A stretch of DNA of 36,885 nucleotides, taken from positions 1-36,885 of the IMG/VR virus record IMGVR_UViG_3300042376_000499. One strand, 5' to 3'. Positions 8,784-14,755 of the stretch are shown one piece after another; the stretch's first letter is position 1; every line of letters begins with the position of its first letter. The translations under genes and the position numbers were made by a program. Under the pieces are notes generated by a model. That model was given only the letters and a program-made list of their open reading frames with translations. It searched no databases and was not told where the DNA came from. The DNA is from a virus. Lineage: Duplodnaviria > Caudoviricetes.

Positions 8784-9233
8784 CTACGTTCTCTGCGGGT
8801 TCTTGCGGCAGTATTCGATGGCGACCGCCAGCACGCGGGGCGTGTCGGGGCTGATGCCGAGGCGCTCCTTCGCTGCATCAATCTCCGCAGCGGTTGCGGT
8901 CTTCAGCACTTCCTTCGCCCAGGCGTCCCAATCGGCGTACTCCGCCGGCGACGGGCCTTGCAAGGAGGTCGCATCGCGCCGAGTCTGCACGACTTCACCA
9001 CGCGCAAGGACATCGGCCTGCGGCACAATCGCGCAGTACGCCTTGTGAATCGCAGCAATGTCCGGCTTCGTGTCGCGCTCGAGGCGGTGCTGGCGGATGC
9101 AATCGCGCAGCTTGTCCTGGTGCAGCGACCCCCACCGCTCATTCAAGAGCCGCGACAATTCAGGCTCGAGCATCCACTTCGGCCACAGTTCCCCCATCAG
9201 ATTCCGATTGTCCATCCATGTGATCGTTTGCAT
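8784..9233 (-). CDS. Putative replicative helicase loader/inhibitor-like protein (SPP1 G39P-like), 149 aa
   Basis: Helical pattern LWPKW...RWGSL...CIRQH.....KPDIAAI resembles G39P-type loaders; ATG 7 nt below TATACT. Function is an inference. Confidence 0.45.
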   Translation of the reverse strand: MQTITWMDNRNLMGELWPKWMLEPELSRLLNERWGSLHQDKLRDCIRQHRLERDTKPDIAAIHKAYCAIVPQADVLARGEVVQTRRDATSLQGPSPAEYADWDAWAKEVLKTATAAEIDAAKERLGISPDTPRVLAVAIEYCRKNPQRT

Positions 9234-9259
9234 ACGCGAGAGTATACAGACAGGCATTC

Positions 9260-9621
9260 CCGGCTGCTAGCGTGGGGAATCAAGTTCAGAAGAGAACGAT
9301 GCGGATGTATCCGCAAGGAAGTGAATCCGATCCAGACTGATATCAGTTCACATGGTGAGCGCGAGGGAAGCATGACCCCCGAAGGGGGCCACGTTCAACC
9401 AGCCCACGCGGAGCCGCGCATCGGTCGAAGCCACGAATTTCACCATTTCGCTGGAGGATTGCCAGCCGCTACCTTCGTGGGGGAGCGCACCTTTCGGTGG
9501 CGCAGGGTAGGGTCAAACCCCTGCGACTACATCCATGCTCCCCTACCGCGCCGGGAACGTGTTGCGGCATTGTTGACCCTGAGGCCAGGTACGGTACAAT
9601 GCAACCGCGCAGGAATTCGAC
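9260..9621 (-). ncRNA. Putative ~360-nt structured non-coding RNA / replication-origin region
   Basis: Promoter TTGCAT(9655-9650)-N16-TATCAT(9633-9628); nested stems GGGGAGC/GCTCCCC and CGCAGGG/CCCTGCG, CACC-GAAA-GGTG GNRA hairpin (9488-9499), and hairpin 9371-9393 whose two G-U pairs form only on the minus strand. Confidence 0.55.
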
Positions 9622-9698
9622 GCCCGCATGATAGCACCTCGGTGCCAACATGCAAGCGCATGAAACGGCGTGGGTTTCGACTCACGCCGATTTCATTT
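9573..9698 (+). ncRNA. Putative small RNA unit 1 (promoter 9573-9600, RNA ~9607-9698)
   Basis: TTGACC-N16-TACAAT; ends in CGGCGTGGGT-TTCG-ACTCACGCCG-ATTTCATTT. Confidence 0.6.
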
Positions 9699-9835
9699 GA
9701 CAGGGGGATACTTCCCTGTATCATTCGCTCGTCGGGCGTTCGTTTTTGCGATGGTCTGCGAGTGCAGCCCATGCCCGACAATTTAACCCCCGGAAGCTCG
9801 CCGCGTTGATCGCAAGATCCGCGGCGAGTTTGTTT
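9697..9835 (+). ncRNA. Putative small RNA unit 2 (promoter 9697-9724, RNA ~9731-9835)
   Basis: TTGACA-N16-TATCAT; GTCGGGC/GCCCGAC stem; terminator CTCGCCGCG-TT-GATC-GCAA-GATC-CGCGGCGAG-TTTGTTT. Confidence 0.65.
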
Positions 9836-10002
9836 GACAACTACACAAAAAGCAATATGATTCTCGCAACAAACACCCGTCAGCCGTTGACGGTTCATAG
9901 TCGGGCAACCGACAAACCTGCCGCAAGGAATGGCGGACGCCGAAAGGCGAGTGAACAGGTCAAGGTTCACCATGCAGCCCCTTACGCGGGGCTGTGTTGT
10001 TT
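9834..10002 (+). ncRNA. Putative small RNA unit 3 (promoter 9834-9861, RNA ~9868-10002)
   Basis: TTGACA-N16-TATGAT; five consecutive hairpins, two with GNRA loops; terminator GCAGCCCC-TTACGC-GGGGCTGT-GTTGTTT. Confidence 0.65.
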
Positions 10003-10221
10003 CCGGCACCGGAAATTGCCGCGTACATGGAATCGACACATGCATGAGACAGCAGCGCGTGCTTTCAGCGTCGCGCCCTGTCCCGGCGGAAGGTTGTTGC
10101 TACCCCAATGCTGGCCTGCCGACGGTCGTACCTCGCGGCCTTGTGCGCCGGCGCATGTGGGTGGTTGGCCTCCGACAGCCGCAGACCCACGTCTCCGCGA
10201 TTGAAGTATATCATTGCGCAT

Positions 10222-10791
10222 ATGCCTCGCCACGCAAATCTGCCGTTTCACCTGTACGTGCACGTCTGCAACACGGCGCTCGGCCCCAGCATGCCCGCTG
10301 GCACGACACGCGGGATCTGGCACGCCATCTACGCCAGGCCCGGTCAAATCATCACGGGACACGTGCTGCTCGAGACGGGCGCAGAATGGGCTGGCGTCCC
10401 GCTCCACAAGCTCGCAGCTCGAGCGGAGGCATTCGAGCGCAAGGCGCTCCCTGGCTTCTGCGAACCGCACGACCTCCAGCCGTGGGGAGCAATGGGCGAC
10501 CACGCCGAGGTTGTCCACATGGAGTATCTCGAGGGACTGGCGATGATGGGCGTCAGCCCGGAACGCGGGTTCTGCGGCCGGCACACCGGGATCGTGATCG
10601 ACTGGGCGGATGGGTTCAGCAGGTACCCCCAGGAGCACAAGCCACTCAACCTCATTGAGCGGTCGGACGGCAGGTTCCTGCTGTTCCCCAACAACTACTG
10701 CCGATTCATGGATTTCCATTTCACGTCGCACAAGCGCGACGCTGACCTCGCCAAGTACCGACGCGGCGAGGACGTGTACTGGCTTGATTAA
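10222..10791 (+). CDS. Conserved phage hypothetical protein, 189 aa
   Basis: HANLP, GAEWAGVPL, LQPWG, IDW...PQEHK and GRFLLFPNNYCRF pattern recognised from aquatic phages; ATG 7 nt below TATCAT. Confidence 0.75.
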   Translation: MPRHANLPFHLYVHVCNTALGPSMPAGTTRGIWHAIYARPGQIITGHVLLETGAEWAGVPLHKLAARAEAFERKALPGFCEPHDLQPWGAMGDHAEVVHMEYLEGLAMMGVSPERGFCGRHTGIVIDWADGFSRYPQEHKPLNLIERSDGRFLLFPNNYCRFMDFHFTSHKRDADLAKYRRGEDVYWLD

Positions 10792-10800
10792 TGATCGCGT

Positions 10801-10831
10801 GTACACGTCTCAATAACGTGTACGCAACTTC
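10801..10831. repeat. Inverted repeat between convergent genes
   Basis: GTACACGT (10801-10808) ... ACGTGTAC (10816-10823); possible bidirectional terminator or binding site. Confidence 0.4.
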
Positions 10832-10845
10832 CACTTTCTTGAACC

Positions 10846-11109
10846 TTACTGCTCGCGCCTGTAGCCCAAACGCCACAGCAGCCGTGCGATGTCGGTCGCC
10901 GTATCTGCTATGGCTTGCTCGTCAAGCTCAGGACGGATGCAGTGGAGGGCTTCATGGATGGTGGTATCCAATCTGTCCTTCTCAGACGGCCAAGTTGCCA
11001 CGCGAATAATGCGACCATCGACGTGGCCTGGGTCCTGCATGTCACCGTAGTCCCGCATATTCGGGACAAATCGCAGCGTCCAATACTTGCCGCCGAGTCG
11101 GACGCGCAT
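10846..11109 (-). CDS. Minimal zincin-like (HExxH) metallopeptidase-fold protein, 87 aa
   Basis: DTTIHEALH motif followed by ELDE; GAGG RBS. Confidence 0.7.
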   Translation of the reverse strand: MRVRLGGKYWTLRFVPNMRDYGDMQDPGHVDGRIIRVATWPSEKDRLDTTIHEALHCIRPELDEQAIADTATDIARLLWRLGYRREQ

Positions 11110-11116
11110 GGTGGCC

Positions 11117-11251
11117 TCACTTGAATCCGCGCTTCATCGCCTTGTATGCCGAGGGGCTGACGGTGGACTTCGACTTCGGTCGGCTGGTGCCAGCCGCACG
11201 CCGTGCGTTGATGTTTGCGTACAGGCCGCGCTTTGCTGTCTTCTTTGCCAT
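11117..11251 (-). CDS. Small basic phage protein, 44 aa
   Basis: MAKKTAKRGLYANINARRAAG...SAYKAMKRGFK; GAGG RBS. This is the N-truncated reading of that segment, read from the DNA. Confidence 0.65.
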   Translation of the reverse strand: MAKKTAKRGLYANINARRAAGTSRPKSKSTVSPSAYKAMKRGFK

Positions 11252-11256
11252 GATGT

Positions 11257-11523
11257 TTATCCTCTCGAGTTCTTGCCGCTGCACTTCCACTTCGCACGCG
11301 AAAGCCGCAGCGGGCTGTTCGGATCGCGTGCCGCCGCAGGGTGCGCCTTCATTTGCGCGAAGCTGCGGGCACAGTAGGCGTCGCCCTTTGCGGTTCCCGG
11401 CTTGATGCGGTCGCCGCCGCTCTTGGCCTTGCCGGCCTGACCGTAGGACACCTTGCGGGTGCGCCCGGTTTCGGCGTTGCGGACGACCTTGACGAATCTC
11501 TTGCCCTTGGCTGGCGTTGGCAT
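11257..11523 (-). CDS. Small basic conserved phage protein, 88 aa
   Basis: AYCARS...DPNSPLRLSRAKWKC motif; AGGA RBS. Confidence 0.75.
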   Translation of the reverse strand: MPTPAKGKRFVKVVRNAETGRTRKVSYGQAGKAKSGGDRIKPGTAKGDAYCARSFAQMKAHPAAARDPNSPLRLSRAKWKCSGKNSRG

Positions 11524-11543
11524 GAATCTGTTTTCCTAAACGG

Positions 11544-13478
11544 CTATTGTGCGTCCATGATGTCCCACGCCATGCGCGGGTGTCCTCGGGAACGACCGCC
11601 GTGCGGATCGTCCTCCGTCTCCCATCGTATGAAGAGTCTCACCCACTTCGCACGCAGGCTCGTCGGCCCCGGACCCTTCTCCACGATCCAGCCGCCCGAG
11701 CCGTCGCCCCAGTCGGCCTTGTACGTTCCGCACCGGATGAAGTCGCAGTGCCTGTTCCTGATCTCGTAGACGCCGTTGCGCGTCTCGAGGTACTCCCGTG
11801 CGATCCCGACGATGTTCGAGTGGTGGTTGTGGCCGACCGCGATGCAGTCCACGCCCTCGAGCCACGAGAGCATTCGCCGGCTGTCTAGTACGCCCATCGA
11901 CATCGGCGCGCCGCCGCCGCTGCCGTGGTGGTATCGCATCGTCCAGGTGAGGTTCGTGTTGTTGACTGCCACGCGCACCTTCATCCAGCCGCCGTAGCCG
12001 CCTGCGCCGATCTGCGACCGCGGGTTCAGGCTCTTGATGGCGCGGACAAGATGCGTGGTCGGGCAGACCTCATGGTGCTTAAGCCAGGCACTGTTCCCTG
12101 TCACGTACGCGATTCCGTCTCGACGCACAAAGAAATTCCCGGAATGCGTAGTCAGGCAATAGACCAATCCTTCGTGCTGTGTGCGTGTAAACGATTTTTG
12201 CTTCACCGTCATCACCGGGCGGCGTGTCACGTTCAGGCGGTAATAGCCGCTTTCGCCTCTCGGTTGCCAAGACAACGATGCACGGAATCCATGCGTCACG
12301 CAAGCAGCCTGGAGTTGCGACAACATGTCGTGCGTCCCGTATATGACCCTTGCCCATGATCCTTCACGCGGAGGGCGGCGAGATCCATCTCCATCGATGT
12401 ATGACTCGAGGAAGATGGCGAACTGCTCATCCGTGCAGTCATGCACCCAAGCCGGAATCGACTTGTCGTGACCACCGACAAGTTCGGCGAGCCAAGATGT
12501 TCTTGAGATTCTGAAAGCATGCTGCGGCAGGGCGGTCTTGATGATGATTCCGTCGCACCGTCCTGGCCGGACTTTTTCGTCCCATTCAATTCCAAGGCGT
12601 TCGAGTATGTCCCGGATTTGCTGAATGCCCTTCGGCTTCGACTGATATACGTAAACGGAACAGGTGTCGTTCCTGATATGTCCGTCCGTCAGAACCCAGG
12701 CAGCCAGCCGGATTTGGTCATCGGACCACTTGCATCCTTTTGCGGCAGACCGCGCCATCGCCGGCACGTGAACGACTGACATTTGCTCGGCGTCCTCGGC
12801 CAGCACGTAGCCAAGCCTGGCATTCCTGCCATCCCCGAACGCCCGGCCCCACTTGAAGTAGGCCATGCGGTGGTTTGGCGTCACCCGCATTGACATGCCG
12901 CGTTGCCGTGCCTCGACCATCTCGCCCGAATACTCGTAACGATGCACCTTGATTGGTTTGGACCACGTGGTGGTCAGCTCGTGCGGGTGCATCGAAGCGA
13001 CCTCGTCCTCAAGCGTCACTTGGTCGATGGGAACCCACCCACGTCTGGTCAGGACTTCCGATGACTCGTCCAGGCACTCATGGTTGCCTTGGCCCAGGAA
13101 CGCCCAGTTCTGCGCGTAGGGCGCGTACCGCTCGGCCACCTCGTCGATGACGGCATCGAAGTACGCGCTGGCAGCGTGGCTCGAGCGGAGTTGTGACTTG
13201 CACTGCCGCCTGTCGCTGACGCCCTGCATCAGGTCGAGGCAGTCGCCCAAATCGCAGATGATCGCGTTTCGCTTGACCGCCTCACGCAGGTGTTTCTCCT
13301 CAAGCGCCCTGTCGCACTTCTTGTTGTCCGTGTGCGCGTCGGAGCGTAGGAGAATCCATTGCTCCCACTCGCGAAACGAAGTCCCGGTGCAGTCCACGAT
13401 GTGGATGTTCTTCCCGTGATGCGTCACCGTCCAGGGAACGGTCAACGCGCTAATCCGTGGTTTGGCTTTAGAGGCCAT
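11544..13478 (-). CDS. Calcineurin-like metallophosphoesterase interrupted by an intein (644-aa precursor, ~316 aa spliced)
   Basis: Motifs SDAH, LGDCLD, GNHE, HHG and GHNH in the expected order; 328-aa insertion directly after GNHE. Confidence 0.85.
   Translation of the reverse strand: MASKAKPRISALTVPWTVTHHGKNIHIVDCTGTSFREWEQWILLRSDAHTDNKKCDRALEEKHLREAVKRNAIICDLGDCLDLMQGVSDRRQCKSQLRSSHAASAYFDAVIDEVAERYAPYAQNWAFLGQGNHECLDESSEVLTRRGWVPIDQVTLEDEVASMHPHELTTTWSKPIKVHRYEYSGEMVEARQRGMSMRVTPNHRMAYFKWGRAFGDGRNARLGYVLAEDAEQMSVVHVPAMARSAAKGCKWSDDQIRLAAWVLTDGHIRNDTCSVYVYQSKPKGIQQIRDILERLGIEWDEKVRPGRCDGIIIKTALPQHAFRISRTSWLAELVGGHDKSIPAWVHDCTDEQFAIFLESYIDGDGSRRPPREGSWARVIYGTHDMLSQLQAACVTHGFRASLSWQPRGESGYYRLNVTRRPVMTVKQKSFTRTQHEGLVYCLTTHSGNFFVRRDGIAYVTGNSAWLKHHEVCPTTHLVRAIKSLNPRSQIGAGGYGGWMKVRVAVNNTNLTWTMRYHHGSGGGAPMSMGVLDSRRMLSWLEGVDCIAVGHNHHSNIVGIAREYLETRNGVYEIRNRHCDFIRCGTYKADWGDGSGGWIVEKGPGPTSLRAKWVRLFIRWETEDDPHGGRSRGHPRMAWDIMDAQ
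12093..13076 (-). mobile_element. Intein with LAGLIDADG homing endonuclease, 328 aa
   Basis: Starts CLDESSEVLTRRGW; block B VTPNHRM; LAAWVLTDG and FLESYIDGDG endonuclease motifs; ends VYCLTTHSGNFFVRRDGIAYVTGN with Ser at +1. Confidence 0.92.
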
Positions 13479-13555
13479 GCTGCCGCACCATAGCGGCCGA
13501 TGCCAGTATTTCACGTTGCAAGAAAAAATTGTCAGAATTTCTTACGGCTTCCCTC

Positions 13556-13584
13556 TTGACTGCCGATATACGCATGGATACAAC
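13556..13584 (+). promoter_or_regulatory. Sigma70-like early promoter
   Basis: TTGACT-N17-TACAAC with an AT-rich upstream tract, at the strand-switch point ahead of the rightward operon. Confidence 0.55.
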
Positions 13585-13639
13585 ACGCGGGCGGGTTGCG
13601 GCACGTTGCCAAAACACGCACGTCATCGAGGAGAGAACG

Positions 13640-13888
13640 ATGAAGATTCGAGATACCGTTACGAACCTGCTTGAGCGCAATGACCTTCGCAAGCGTCACA
13701 ACGACGTGCTTCTTGCATGCGCGATGGAGCTGGGCGATTCGTTCAGCATGGAAGTCGTCAGCGCACACAAGCGCCTGGGCGAAACGTCCGTGGACAGCGA
13801 ACATGAATTCGACGCCGCCGTCATCGACATGGACATCGCCGAGCGGCGATTCCTTGCCGTCCACGCAAATACGGAGGTCGCACTGTGA
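13640..13888 (+). CDS. Hypothetical early protein, 82 aa
   Basis: GAGGAG RBS before ATG 13640; GTGA coupling to the next gene. Confidence 0.7.
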   Translation: MKIRDTVTNLLERNDLRKRHNDVLLACAMELGDSFSMEVVSAHKRLGETSVDSEHEFDAAVIDMDIAERRFLAVHANTEVAL

Positions 13889-14136
13889 GAGTCAGCCAAA
13901 CACAGTACGTGAACCGCATCATGTGGATGGTGGAGACGCTTCACCGCCGGCCCATGACGCGCAACGAACTTGCGATGAAATGGGAGGTGACCCCTCGGGC
14001 GGTGAGTTATCTCATCGATACCGCACGCGACGCATTCGGCGTTCGCATTGAGCACACCCAGCACATTGGCTACGAGCTGCGGGACCCCGGCGTGTTCAGC
14101 CTGAGTGCGCTCCGGCGCAGGGAGGAGGAACGATGA
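13885..14136 (+). CDS. Winged-HTH DNA-binding protein, 83 aa
   Basis: MTRNELAMKWEVTPRAVSYLIDTARDAFGVRIE...GYEL resembles the wHTH of WYL-type regulators, without a WYL domain. Confidence 0.7.
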   Translation: MRVSQTQYVNRIMWMVETLHRRPMTRNELAMKWEVTPRAVSYLIDTARDAFGVRIEHTQHIGYELRDPGVFSLSALRRREEER

Positions 14137-14438
14137 CCCTGTTTGACCCCATTGAGGCCGAGCGCCGCAAAGCCGTTGGCAAGGCGCTCGCCGCCGACCG
14201 CCGCAGCGAACTGCTTACGGCAGCACGTGGCTTTGCCGCGTTCATTGCATCCAACGGCAGCACCGTCACGAGCGACGATGTCGCAAGTCTCATGGCTTTC
14301 AGCGGCTTGGACTACACCGAACTCGGCAATGCAGCTGGCAGCGTGTTCGACGAGAAATTCGTGTGGACTGGCACGGTCGTTCCGTCGCGCCGGCCAGCGT
14401 CGCATGGTCGCCTGATTCGCGTCTGGAGGCTCAAGTGA
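14133..14438 (+). CDS. Conserved phage hypothetical protein, 101 aa
   Basis: VTSDDV...GNAAGSVF...SRRPASHGRLIRVW; GGAGGAGG RBS and ATGA coupling. Confidence 0.75.
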   Translation: MTLFDPIEAERRKAVGKALAADRRSELLTAARGFAAFIASNGSTVTSDDVASLMAFSGLDYTELGNAAGSVFDEKFVWTGTVVPSRRPASHGRLIRVWRLK

Positions 14439-14755
14439 ACTACCGCGAAATGACCGTGGACGTTACGTCAGACTACTTCCCCGGCAATGACGACATGCAT
14501 GAATACCTTGGCAACAACCTAGTGGAAGCGGTTGTATCTGCCAAGTGGGAGGAAGACACGCGAGAATACTTCCATCCGCATGGCAGCACTACAAGCACGT
14601 TCCAGCGTCTGATTTCGTGGGAACTGGTGGCAATCAAGTTGAACGGCACAATGCTCGTTAGCAGCAATACGCCGGCAGACTTTCCGGTTGCGGCGATTGT
14701 TGACCTTGCCGCAAGCGATGCGTTCCGCACCGAACTTGAGCGAGGCACACGATGA
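14435..14755 (+). CDS. Hypothetical protein, 106 aa
   Basis: GGAGG RBS, GTGA coupling upstream and ATGA coupling downstream. Confidence 0.65.
   Translation: MNYREMTVDVTSDYFPGNDDMHEYLGNNLVEAVVSAKWEEDTREYFHPHGSTTSTFQRLISWELVAIKLNGTMLVSSNTPADFPVAAIVDLAASDAFRTELERGTR

Noticed and set aside
8490-9809. 439-aa plus-strand ORF spanning the non-coding island, considered as a replication initiator
   Set aside because: Antisense to two credible genes, Arg-rich low-information sequence with no HTH/DnaD motif, and it runs through predicted promoters and a terminator.
9746-10204. 152-aa ORF, and overlapping 9527-10045 and 9930-10658 ORFs, over the sRNA units
   Set aside because: No RBS or protein-like features, and they cross strong terminators; structure signals fit RNA better. 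A short peptide cannot be fully excluded.
9258-10220. CRISPR mini-array or tRNA genes in the non-coding island
   Set aside because: No repeated direct-repeat/spacer pattern and no cloverleaf with a T-loop and acceptor stem found by eye.
13529-13639. Upstream extensions given in the ORF track (13529, 14363, 15999, 10108, 8625, 8341, 8276, 22424, 22591, 33909)
   Set aside because: Downstream starts have an RBS, stop-start coupling or -10 spacing; the extensions overlap promoters or neighbouring genes.
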